NCBI GenBank assembly: GCA_043228905.1
Contig: JBHGNT010000020.1
Coordinates: 6,882,001-6,946,000, forward strand
DNA: 64,000 nt
Direction of reading: 5' to 3'
Origin: Azolla caroliniana
Lineage: Eukaryota; Plantae; Polypodiophyta
The notes under the pieces were generated by a model, which saw only the letters and a list, made by a program, of their open reading frames with translations, did no database searches and was not told the DNA's origin. Position 1 is the first letter of the stretch. Each line of letters begins with the position of its first letter. Made by a program: the position numbers and the translations under genes. Positions 25,541 to 38,823 of this stretch are shown here, one piece after another.

Positions 25541-27499
25541 ACAAAAAGAGAGACATAAATGTAGTTACCTAAAATGTGTGAGAAGTATAGAGGTGAATGT
25601 ATAAAACTTTTACTTCTTCTTCTTCATTATCCATCGTTTAGAGCTAGAGTTTTTCTCTCTTTCTCTTTCTCTCAAGCTTCAACCCTCTTCCCTACCTTAC
25701 CGTTTATGCCTTATACCTTATTTTTAAGTGTTTGATGCCATTTTCATTGTAAGAGTATGGTTATCGTCCCTACATGCTAATAATAACTAGTGGTAATATC
25801 TGAGCTAATTCTTGGTTCATCCTTCTTCCCGCTCAATGTAGTTGAGAGTTAGAGCAAGGAAAGGATTAAAGATATCTTGAGTGAGATAATTAATATTTAT
25901 GTGTGTTAGAGAGGGATTGACACCTCTTCTAGCTTGACTCTCCATGAAGAGGGTGTCACTCCACTTGACTTGACAAGTGTAGTCATTAGGGCTCCCATCA
26001 TTATTTAGGATTTGCGCAAATCCTTAATTCTTAACACATTGCCAAGTTTTCCTAGGGAGCTCAATTATTAGGTTGGCAACTATTTAAGTTGGGGATAATT
26101 ATGGTTCCCTATGTATTGCTTGAGCTATTTTGGAGTACATTGCGTTTTTACGAGCTATGGATCATGCATCATATAATTATTTGATTACAAAATATTTGTA
26201 TGCATTACCTTTCATTTGTACAACCACTTAAAAAATGTTTATATAAATTTCTTATAATGGAAGACTAATCCAAACAACCTCCAAATAAAATTTGACTAAT
26301 TGTAAGCACATTTGATGCTAACATTAGATACGTTATTCATCCATCATAAGTTCTCTTTACAATGTCACAAATGATTGGTATCGAATAACATGAGAGTCAA
26401 CCTCGTTGTAGTGGATATCTACTTGGTTCTGTTTAGATATTGAAAGTTAGTTGGTCAACTACATAGTATTCATCTCAAGCTAGAATTGTTCAATGGAATT
26501 GAGAACGAGGAAATGAGGCTATTACTAATTATCTACAATTGTATGTTGAAATGAATGATAGATATGGACATATATCAGAACAAGAGTGTGAGGTATTTTT
26601 AGGTAGCTATGGATGTTAAGGCATGAGAATGTTCAAACAACATAACATAAACCCTATATAGGAATTTTGGCGAAGAAAATAAAACTTTAATATGAACAAA
26701 AAACTATGTTATGTAAAATGAAATGTTCAACAACTTGCAATTTAACATGGAAATCAATGTGAAAAAGTCAAATCAAGATCTAGAGAAGTGTACATCAAGC
26801 AAAACATTCTATCAAGTGATAAATGCGTAGAATTTTGGGTCCCATTAAAACCTCAAGAAGCTCTAATTTAAGATATATGCTATTAAAAAACAAATGACAT
26901 GACTTAATTTGAAGTCCAAGATAATGATAAGTGCATACCAAGATAATGATAAGTGCATACCAATAACACCCTTTTCAATGATTGTTTTTAGCCATACTAT
27001 TATTATCAAGAAAACCACGCTTAAGTTTTGAAAACAAAAAACCATGCTTAAGAATACTTGCACCTAGTTTAATATTGTTATCTCATTAGAATTGAGAATA
27101 AAGGTTCTCTTTTTTAGATCTTTTATAAATGTACTACAACCTTTGTCCCGAAGCGAGCCCTTGAGATGAGAGAGACATGCCGTCCTTGCCTAGACTTATG
27201 AGGAATGTGTTTAGAATTGCAAGAACATAACGAGAGTGGTTACATTGTTGATGAGCTTGATGTTGAAAAAACCCAATCAATTTGATGAGTAGTAATTGAT
27301 GACAATTAGTGTATTTCCAATTGTGAGCTTAGAGGTTTGGCATAAAATGTAATGAGTAATTGTCCAACAGCTGATGGCGAGTGCAAATCAGATCACCATA
27401 TAATTGTAGGGGCTGGGAGGTGCATCCAAACCGAGACACAGCCCTATGTCAGGGACGGAGCCTTTGGAGTCACATCCTGATCCCCCAAGCTCTAAGCCC

Positions 27500-27510
27500 T
27501 AGGCCCAAAC
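27500..27510 (+). promoter_or_regulatory. Possible site II element (GGCCCA) upstream of the hydrolase gene
   Basis: AGGCCCAAA about 260 bp upstream of the ATG in a locally GC-richer stretch; a short motif that can occur by chance. Confidence 0.3.
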
Positions 27511-27767
27511 CCGAGGCCCTCACACCAAGAGACACGCCACACACAACACATTTGAAAATGAGAGGCCTTTCATTTTTAATGAATCAATCAATCAAATGCG
27601 GAGGATGGATAGATACTACAACTACAACTACAATTACAACATAACAACCGATACAAAGTACTATATATGTACAATACATTACACATATATACATACATAC
27701 ATACATATGTATGTATGTGTGTGTGTGTATTCTGTATTTTTCTGTACATATGTATACATTATCGCCC

Positions 27768-30700
27768 ATGAGATTTCCTCTCCCAGCTTCCATCCCTTCC
27801 TCTTCTTCTTCTTTCGTAGCTGCATTTGCATCCGTTTTACCCTGCGATCTGCTGCGGTGTTTATGGATCCCTTCCTCCCTCGCAACGAAGTCCAGAAGCA
27901 GCAGCAGCAGCAACAGAGGAGGAAGATCACACACCTCTTCCTCCTTTTCTTGCTCTGATTCCTCCTCACCTTCTTCTTCAACTACATCCTCTTCCTCCTC
28001 ATCGCCATCGCCATCTTCTTTGTCTTTATCTTCACCCGAACCTCTCTCCTCTGACCTTTCAATGGCTTCTTCTCGTGGAGCTCTTCTTAAAGGAACACTT
28101 TTCAGATATGGAACCAATCCAGCACAGGTACTAATCCCCATATCTCCTGCCTTAACACTAACTCTATTAAATTCTTTTTTTATTTTGTTTTCCATTTATC
28201 TCTGATTACAGGTTTCTTCTAAATTCTCGTTACAGGGATTCTTATGACTTAAAACCCTCATTCATTATATATTATATATTGTTTACTCATTAATTATCCA
28301 TTGCTTAGGCTTGCAATGCTTGCCTTTTAACTTCAGTTTTCTTCAATTCCGGAAACTGTAATCAAAGAATGGAAATGGCAGGAAAAGGAATAGAGGATAT
28401 GTGAGTGTTAAGCATATCTGAATCCATATGCCTAGAAATTGAGGGATTTGTAATAAAAGAGAAGAATTTGGTAGTGCACAAATAGAGTTGGAAAGAGGGT
28501 TAATGCCATGGCAATGCACATGACTTAAATTTGAACGAAACTCTAATCGAAGAATGGGAATGGCAACCAAAAGGATATAGAATGTTTTTTTGTCTGCCCA
28601 AGGAACACTGAATTATCTGGGATGGCAATGCAACCGGCGGTTCAGTGCTGTGCAGGTCGTTATTCCCTCAACAGACATTCAGTTCAGTTTTCTGTTTGGA
28701 GCATCCTTTGGTGCAGTGCTGCATCATGCCCACGAAACTACTTCCTTACAGTCCCGCTTGCTGAGGTGCTGCTTCTTGCTTGTTTGGGAAAATATCCTAA
28801 ATCCTCTCTTCTGTCCTCTGGATCACAAGCCCATTCAAAATCGTAGCATCTGGCCAACTTAGTCTCTTCGCGAAACATGATAGAAAATCTGACCTATCTT
28901 CAAATACCTGAAGACATGCATCCTAGGCAGAGTCTGATATCTCCTGCCAGCTTAAGTGTCGTCTTGTGTTGCACAAATCCAAGAGACTCCTGACCAGAAT
29001 ACGATATCTGTATGCTCTTTCCATCTTTCCACAGCCAGGCTTTAATAGCTTCAGAATCACCTTCATTGGGGTTGAGACTGACAGGAAATCTTCTGGTTCT
29101 TAAGAATTAAGTGGACATATTTAATCTGAATGATGGATACTTCCTTGGACCCTTGATGACACAACTCTAATCCTAGAAAGTAGTGCAACAACCCAGATCT
29201 GTCATCTTGAATTTAGACTTCAACTTTCCCTCGAATCAACCAAGTTCCCCTTTTGTGCTGTCAAGCTCTTGGTTCCTGCTTCAACCTACACGAACCTCTA
29301 TGCAACCTTCAGAATAGGAGAACTTTAAGCCTAGTAGTTTCTTCACAAATACCAGACATTCATTCAGAAAAGAGTATTTTAATCTATCAACTACATATAA
29401 TGGTCAGTTATGTACCCACAAACACTATGACAACTGCTCGAATCAATCATTGTAGTTGAAGCAAATGATCTCTTGACATCTGCTCCTTTTGCACATGCCC
29501 TATTGCTTCTATATCTTTCATTTTTATCCACATCCCATCAGGCTTGTTTATAGTCCATTAGAATCACTCGGTTATCTCCTGTTTTATTCTATCACCAAGT
29601 TAAGTCCAAGGGAAGACTCACATGTTTCTATTGTGGGAAACCTGGACACTTCCAAAAGGATTGCCGACATCTTAAGAAAGACAAAGGTGTTGCTAATGAT
29701 GTCGAACCCAAGAAGATATCTGAGGAGAAAAGAACTTCAGCCATTGCTACTAGTGAACACGAGCTTTTATTCATTAACGAGCAAGCGAGTGTAAACCTTG
29801 CAAATGAAGAGTGCTCTTGGGTGATTGACTCTAGTGCATCATTCCATCTAACTCCGACAAAAGAGTTTTTTACGTCTTACACAGCTGGTGACTATGGCTA
29901 TGTAAAGATGGGATATAATGGAGCATGCAAGATCGCCGGTATTGGGAGTTCATGTTTGACAACATCAACCGGCTGTAAGCTACTATTGAGGGATGTACGA
30001 CATGTGCTGGATGTTTGACTAAATCTTATATCAAACGGAAGACTAGACGATGAAGGCTACAGTGGTAGCTTTCAAAATGGTATGTGGAGGAAGTCTCATA
30101 GTGGCCCAAGCACAAAAACAGGGTACACTATACGTGATGCATGCCAAGTTGTGTAAAGATTAAGTAAATGTGGCAGCCAACTCAGATGGTCAGCAATGGC
30201 ATAAGAGGCTTCGTCACATGAGTGAGAGAGGCATGCATATCCTGGCCGAGAAGAAACTTCTTCCAGAAGTAAAAGGGGTGCATTTTGAAAAATGTGTGGA
30301 CTGCCTGGCCGGAAAACAAAACAGAGCTGCATTTCATTTTAGGACACCAAAGAGAAGAGAATGTGCACTAGAATTGGTCCACACAGGTGTATGCTACGTG
30401 GATGCTCAATCACATCGTGGTGGACAATACTTTGTGACATTCATTGACGACCACAGCAGAAAGTTGTGGGCTTTTGTGCTAAAGTCTAAAGACCAAGTGT
30501 TGTCGGCCTTTAAGGAGTTTTAGGCTAGAGCAGAAAGAGAGTCCGGAAAGAAGTTGAAGGATGTCCGGACAGACAACGGTAGCGAGTACAAAGGACAATT
30601 CGAGGAGTATTGCAAGACCCAAGGCATAAAACTCAACTATACAGTGCTGAAGACCCTTGAGTTGAATGGTCTTGTAGAGAGGATGAATTGAACTATAATG

Positions 30701-33700
30701 GAAAGGGTGAGGAGCATGTTGTCACATGCAAAGCTTCCAAAGTCATATTGGGCTAAAGCCATGTTGACAATTGTCTATCTTATAAACAGGTCTCCCTCAC
30801 TGCCCCTGAAAGGTGATGTCCCACAGCGGGTGTGGACAGGTAAAAGTGTGTCCTATCAACACTTGAAGGTGTTCAGATGTTTGGCATATATGCATGTTGC
30901 TAAGGACTAGAGGTCGAAGCTGGACAACAAGTTGAAGCCATGCATATTTTTGGGGTACTCTGAAGATGAATTCAGCTACAGGTTGTGGGATTTACGTGGC
31001 AAGAAAGTGGTGAGGAGTCGAGACATTGTATTCATGGAAGACAAGACGATTGAAGATTGGAAACAACAGAAGTTAGGGTCGTCTTCCCAGTCAACTCCCA
31101 CCACTATGGACTCAGCACTAGCCGACTCTAGATAGTCAGCTGATAGGAGACAACCAGTCGATACAGCAGAATCCAAATTGGTCGACTCAGAGCAACCGAT
31201 TGATATATATGAGTCGGAGTCGACCGACCCACAGAAATCGACTGAAGCATATGAGTCAGAGTCGGTCGACATTCATCAAATGATCAACACATATGAACCC
31301 GAGGCGAATGAAGAGTCGGCAAACATATCCGAACCTGAGCCGTCCATGGGAGGTAGAAGATATCCACTCAGACAAAGGAAAGCACCCTCTCGATACTCCA
31401 ACCAATATGTTCTCTTGATTGATGAGGATGAATTGGAATGTTATGAAGACACCATGGCAGATGAGCACAAGGAAAAGTGGCTGAGTGCAATGCAAGATGA
31501 AATGGACTCCTTGCATAAAAATTATACTTACGACCTGGTAACTATCAAAAGGTAACAGAGCCCTGAGGAACAAGTGGGTCTTCAAACTAAAGACTGGGGA
31601 AGATGGCAGCTCACCTAGATATAAGGCTCGAATTGTAGTAAAGGGATTTCAACAGAAGAAGGGGGTTGACTTTGATGAGATATTTGCACCAATCGTAAAG
31701 ATGACATCCATTCGAACTATACTGAGTATAACAGCCAGTATGAATCTGGAAATAGAGCAATTGGATGTAAAAACAACATTCTTACATGGGGAGCTAGATG
31801 AAGAAATCTATATGCAGCAGCCTGAAGGTTTTGTGGAGAAAGGAAAAGAGAATCTAGTATGTCGACTAAGGAAGAGCATGTATGGTCTAAAGCAAGCTCC
31901 ACATCAATGGTATATGGAGTTTGAATCCTTCATGTTGGAACATGGATTCCATAAAACACAAGCTGATCATTGTGTTTTTGTCTAAAGGTATAGTGAAGGT
32001 GACTTCCTGATTCTCTTACTCTATGTGGATGACATGTTGGTAGTCAAACAAGATATCAAAAGGATTGTGAGCTTAAATCGTTCACCATGAAGGATCTTGG
32101 ACCGACTAAGCAAATCTTGGGAATGCATATAGTCTGGGACAGGACGAAGAATATGCTATAGCTGTCACAAGAGAAATATGTGACAAAAGTTTTGGAAAGA
32201 TTTAACATGTCTAAGCCTAACCAGTAGGGTATACATTGCCGGCAAAGTGGAAGCTAAATGCTAGACAATGTCCGAGAAGCAATAAGAAGGATAAGGCTGA
32301 GATGAGGAGAGTGCCATATGCCGCGGCTGTTGGAAGTCTAATGTATGCTATGGTCTGTACGAGGCCGGACATTGCGTTTGCTGTCGAAACAGTGAGTTGA
32401 TACATGAGTAATCCTGGTAGGGAGCATTGGGAAGCTGTAAAATGGATAGTCAAATATTTGAAAGGCACCCCAAGCGTATGTCTTAGGCATGGCTCCGGAA
32501 AACCTATGCTCGAAGGTTTTACAAATTTCGACATGTCAGGGGATGTAGATTCCAGCCAATCCACATCAGGGTATGTGATGACTTATGTAGGGGGAGCCGT
32601 ATCATGGCAATCTAGATTGCAAAAGGTTATGGCCCTGTCGACCACATAGGTTGAGTATATGGCTGCGGTAGAGGCCGGAAAATAATTGATATGGATGAAG
32701 AATTTTCTCAGTGAACTAGGAATGAAGCAAGAGAGATTCTTACTTCACTTTGTTAACCAAAGTGCCATACATCTAGCCAAGAACGTTGCTTACCACTCTC
32801 ATACCAAGCACATACAAAGGATGTATCATTGGCTATGAGAGAGTGGATGAAAACGAGTTTACTCTCGTGAAGATCCATACTTACGAAAATGGATCAGATA
32901 TGCTCACGAAGATCCTACCTATGGATAGACTCAGTGCTTGTCGACGAAAGACAGGTTTAGGTTTGGTCGATCGACTGGATTGACTAGGGGGTCGATTGTA
33001 TTGGTGGTCAATTGGATTGGTGGTTGACTTAAGTGAAGAACAATAGGAGTCGACTAGTCGAATCGACGGAATAGTCGACAATAGGAATCGGCCAGTCGTA
33101 CTGACTAGATTTTCGACTTACGTTGAAACCCTAAACCAGGGAAAACCACGGGACAACAGATTTCACTATGAGACAAGATTACAGAGATAGATTACAAAGC
33201 TTTTCAAGCTTTCAAGGAGAGAGAGGGTCAGATTACAGAAAAATCCCTTCTTAGGGTTTTGGCAAGTTCCACAAAATTGTGCCATCACTCACTCACCCCC
33301 TTCTTCTTCTTACTTCTTTATCTCTTGAATCACACAATACTAACACACACACACACAATTTTGTTTTTGCCCTAACTCCATATATATATAACGTACTTTA
33401 AGTTTCTGTTTTGTCTTTTTCAGTCTATCTTTGTTGTTCATCTATGGTCTTAATCATATCAAACTGGTATTAGAGCTTGAGGTGCTAGATGGAAGGAGGT
33501 GTGAGTGGTTTTCTAGGAATGATAGTCTTGAACTCACATAACTACTCGGACTGGAAGATCAAGATGGAAGATCTTCTGATAGTCAGAGACCTATATGAGC
33601 AGATTGTCACAGTGAAGGTTTAGGAAAATCTCCCATCTGGTTCATTACTCACAGTCCATTTTATACATATCGTAGATCAATTTTGGATATTGTACACCGG

Positions 33701-36700
33701 ATATTATAGTCAAACTTGCACCCAGGGCCCTACATCATTCTCAACCTGGCAGCTACATAGGACTAGCTACCTCGTTTTGAAACCATTTTACCAATCATGC
33801 TGTTAAACAGTTTCTATCGCAGGTCACTTTGATATTTTGAATAGGTTAATTTAGCATCTCATTCCATTTTGAATAGGCCACTGATGCTACAAGTCAATCA
33901 TGGGATACACAAATGGGCACCAGACCAGGACATAACAAAGGGGTTACAATTGATCGGGCAATAGCAATTTGCCGTGCACGTAGGCCCCGGCCCCATGAAA
34001 CACGACCTTGACACCCTTGCCATTGACAGATAAAAGTCATTATCTCCCGCTATCGTAGGTGCTTCCCTCGCGTCGGAGACATTTCCATTCTGGATCGACC
34101 TATGCTAGAGACCAGATTCCCTCGTTTCTGGATCGACAAAAGCTACAATATATCTAACTTGAGAATCTCACATGTGCCAAAAACCAGATTCCCTCGTTTC
34201 TTTTCTTTTCATCTTATTTACTTTCATATTTACTATGTAATATCTATTTTATTTTGATTTGCTCTCAAAGATGAGAACACTTAAGATATAATCTCTTATT
34301 TGGTCTTATAGGCCATTTTGGCCTTTTAAAAGACGTTAATATATCTTTTGTTCTTTCTCTTGTTCGCTTATCATCGCTTAATTTGTAATTCTGTCAGTCT
34401 TGAACTAATGAATGTCTATGTATTCATCTTAGACACTAGGTTTAGATGTTTGTAAATAGATGATACTGGTCAGAATTGTGCTATCGCCAAAAGTTAGATG
34501 CATGGATTCATTCTTTTTCTTGCAAGTAACATTTCCAATGGATGATTTCAAAGTTCAAGTAACCTTAATTTCTTCTTGCAGGTTGCATTTCGGACTGGTG
34601 ATTTCAACGTTCAAGTAATCTTTATAGGCGGACTTACTGATGGACTGCTTGCCACAGAGTAATGAGCACACTTTCTAAACACTCTGAAGGATAATTACTA
34701 TTTTATTATTAAGAAAATGAAATTTAACAGTCTTAAATATTTTGAAGCTATATTGAACCCCTTGCACATGCCTTGGAGGCTGAGGAATGGTCACTGGTGC
34801 AATTTCTTCTTTCATCTTCATACACAGGATTTGGAACTTCAAGCCTGAAACAGGTATGCTCACTGAAGATATTTTCTTTATTTAGCTGTGTTTTATTTTT
34901 CTAGGGCTGTTTGAGATTTTTTTTTTAAAAGCTCAAATTATTCAACCTTCTTTATATCTTATTCAGAATACTCATGGGAAATAAAAAGCAGGAAACTTTC
35001 CTTTGTTTGAAGTTAATACCCTTCAGCACATATTTATAGTTGGAAGTTGCAAATGGGAATTTCACTTCTCAAATTGTAATGACGATAAGCTCCATTTTGT
35101 GTTTTTCGAGTTAACGTGGAAACATCATGATTGTGGCTTCAACCATATTTCCTTCTTCATGAATCAACGAGTATAGTTGTACTACTTTTAGTGTTGTAAC
35201 ATACTATCTTCAGTCTCTATTAAGTAATTCGAAATGTCGGTAGAAGTGTTGGAAAGACCTCCTGCTTCTAGTCAACACTCATTTTATAGGCCGATATTAC
35301 GATATTGCAAGGAAAGTCGCTTTATGTCTTGGACATTTCCGTGCCCATTCCTAATGCATGGACTAACATTTATGGACAGACATTCTTATCAATCTTTCAT
35401 CAGGATTGTGGTGTTCTTTTTAGAGGATGCAGTCCCCTGTGTTTTATCTTATACCATTCTTTTTTATTTTTAGTGGTTCATGCCGATGCATTTTGGCTAC
35501 ACTTAATGGCATTGATGCCACAAAGAAGGATACTCTTCCTCGGACCTGTGTTTGACTTGTTTATTCTTTTAGAAAAATTTGAGCAATGTAGATAGAGGTT
35601 ACCAAACAAACACTCTTACAATGATGCTTGTGGATTTGTGAAGTTGAACCACTTCGTAGTTATGCAAAAATGCATCAGATCAACGTGTATGTGGAACCAC
35701 AGTGGTTCATGACTAGGAGATGGATATGACATTCCTAGATGTCTCAAAGAAGACATAAGAGGTGTTGGGACAAAGATAATGCAGATCAAGGTGTTGGCTC
35801 ATGAGGGTTTGAACATCTAACCTTAACTGAACAAGGATACATAGAATAAAATCAAGAGAATCAAAATATAATGAGAAACAAGTAAATATTTTTATTACGA
35901 ATTGAAAGGGCTGTTTTCTAAGGAGTATTGTCTGTTGGCTAGGTAGAATCTTTGATAGGATATTCGATAGTATATTCTCACTTAATAAGGTTCCTTTATA
36001 TAGGGTTTCTCATGCAGATGCTTTAGTACGTACTAAGGGCTACGCACGTGATGCGACTTGGTGTACATGTTGTTATCCTTTACACTGGTACTTGTAATTG
36101 AATTATCCTTATCTAAATGGTAACCAATAATTTATAATGTTCTAGTATCTCTACCTTAGTGGTAGCTAGAATGTTCTGTATGTTAGAGGTTTAAGGTTCA
36201 AACCTCACTTTCTCAATAAAGCTGCATTTTATGTATACAGTGTTGGATTGCAAATATTATCCTCTTGTGCATGCACTTAGAAATAGGAACCTATCTTCAG
36301 TCTCTACGTGATTTACTGTGTGCCAATGGCAAGATGACACTGTTTGATGCCCTTTATTGTACATCCAGGTTATCTGTTTCATTTGCTTTCTACACTATAC
36401 AGATTGCGAAACATGCTTTAGTTGCTTGGTAAGGTGCTGTGCACTGGCAACTATGGCCTTGTGTCATGCATGAGTTGGTCATGTTTTTCTTAGTCATTTT
36501 TGGTCTTACATCTAATCTTGAGATGTTTAGCTGATTAGCTATTACTATCATAGACAGACTTTTCTTAAAGCTTGTGTTTTTCCTATTTTGATATTGTTAT
36601 ATTTCTTGGAGAGATACACCATCACAGTGGTATCTATCACTGGTGTAACTGAGCTTCTTGACTACAGCTCTTGTACGTTGGCAATAGATAGCCAAGTAAT

Positions 36701-38781
36701 GGGTGATCATGATTGTCCTCTAATGTCTTGGCATCATGGGATCTCTACTCTTGAAGATGGCAAAATGGTATGTTCTATCCAGATAGTAGGGGGAACATAG
36801 CTCTATTAAATATGTATGCTAGCAACGGGAACAAGGTGTCGTGGCCACCTACCAATCCATCATGATCTTGGAACTCAATTTGTGGAGTAAAAAAGGTGGA
36901 TTCATGTGGGCATGAGCCATGTGAATGGGCCAGTGAGGGCTGCCCGGGGATATCATATAATTCCTTTGCAAATGCTTGCCAAACCTGAGATGAGTTCAGT
37001 TGTGTGGTAGGTTGCCTCTCATTGAACATTTTGCATGTTCTTTTACTTTCAAATTTAACCAAATACATACTTCAAACTTAGCCAAATATAATCTTTCCTT
37101 CTTCCTTACAGGCATTTGAAGGTTGCACTTGCTTGTTTGTGTGTATCACAACAAGCATTTCCTTGTGTCACAGCATTCCTCATCATACCAACTATTTTGT
37201 AGGACTCTTACCAGTTTTAGGTGCATCGCCTGCTGTGTTAGTAAAGGCATTTATGGCTGGTTTATGCAATGAATTTGACAATCCTGGTTTGACTTCTTCT
37301 AGGGGTGCAAAAGGATCCAAATCTAGCATGTTTCGTATATGCCAGAACTATACACAAAAATTGTCTCCCGAATAAATTAGTACCTTCACCTCAAAGAATA
37401 GATGTGTGGTTTGCTGCCAAGCCAACAGGTCTACCAGAGATAGTGAACACTGTTATTTCAGGTATAAGAGATTCCACCAGGTAATTGGCTGTGGTTGCAC
37501 CTTCTTTTGGGTTCCAACATGTCAAAGAATCTGATCTGGGCCATTGTGACTGACCATTATATATCAAAAGTCCATGTGCACTTTTCAAGGCTAGAAAGTG
37601 TTTGCCATATTCTGTTACTCCACTCATATCTTGAGCTTGTCGATGTAGACCAACTTCTTCTGCCATTAATTCTCCATGCATAGCCTTGTGTCAAACATAG
37701 TTGTTTGTGCATTGAAGTCTCCTAACAGTAGTAAATCTTATGATATTATCATGTAATGCTAGATATGGTGATCCTCTGAGAGGTGCATACATCAACTAGG
37801 TAGATCGAAAGTAGCAAATTGTGATATATAGTTTTCTGAGATCCCCTCTTTTGATTCGTATCCACGTGTAATGCACATTTACATCCTTATCCACAACAAG
37901 CACTTTACCATAGAGCTCCTTTTTGTACAACACAGCCATTCCTCAAAAGCCTCCAATGCTTCCTACTATTTGTGGTTGGGGACGATATGTGAACTCCCAT
38001 ATATATGCTTGTTGTCGAAAACGGGTGTATAATGGACATATTCACACTATCCTATTGGACACACTAGGTTTAGGACAATTATGTAAATATGTCAAATCCC
38101 CTCTTTTGATTCGTATCCACGTGTAATGCACATTTACATCCTTATCCACAACAAGCACTTTACCATAGAGCTCCTTTTTGTACAACACAGCCATTCCTCA
38201 AAAGCCTCCAATGCTTCCTACTATTTGTGGTTGGGGACGATATGTGAACTCCCATATATATGCTTGTTGTCGAAAACGGGTGTATAATGGACATATTCAC
38301 ACTATCCTATTGGACACACTAGGTTTAGGACAATTATGTAAATATGTCAAAGGGCAGTTGCCCTAGCCCAGTTAGTATATAACTGGCTTTGTAACCTAGT
38401 TGTTCAGGTTGTTCGGGTTGTTTGTTGCTGTACTGTGTGATTGTAACTTTGAGAGAGCAATAATACAGTTACACTGTTCTGTGGCTATCTGTGGCTATCG
38501 GTGGACAAGAAGTGTTGCCGAAATCCAGAGAGAGAGCTAGGGTTGTGAATCAAGAGGGCTTGCAAGAACATCAACAAAAGGCCACGGTCAAGGCAGAAGC
38601 ACTGTCGAAATCTACAGAGAGCTAGGGTTGCGAATCAAGAGGGCATGCAACATCGACATCGACAAAAGGCGACGTGGTTGGGTCATCATTCATTGGGACG
38701 TTGCTCTGAAATTTGAGGATCTCCCCTTGAAGCTCCACTTGTGCTCTGAAATTTGAGGATCAAAGGGCGTAGAGATTGCCT

Positions 38782-38823
<42 letters not shown>

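Noticed and set aside
26916-26962. 22-bp tandem duplication (also a 20-bp repeat at 38702-38761)
   Set aside because: Ordinary slippage or repair duplications with no further structure.
27584-28195. 203-aa acidic minus-strand ORF
   Set aside because: Antisense shadow of Ser-rich exon 1 and adjacent microsatellites.
35792-36129. Solo LTR in intron 3 (a similar candidate lies at ~25560-25900)
   Set aside because: LTR-like composition, but no matching TSD, clean termini or partner copy in the window.
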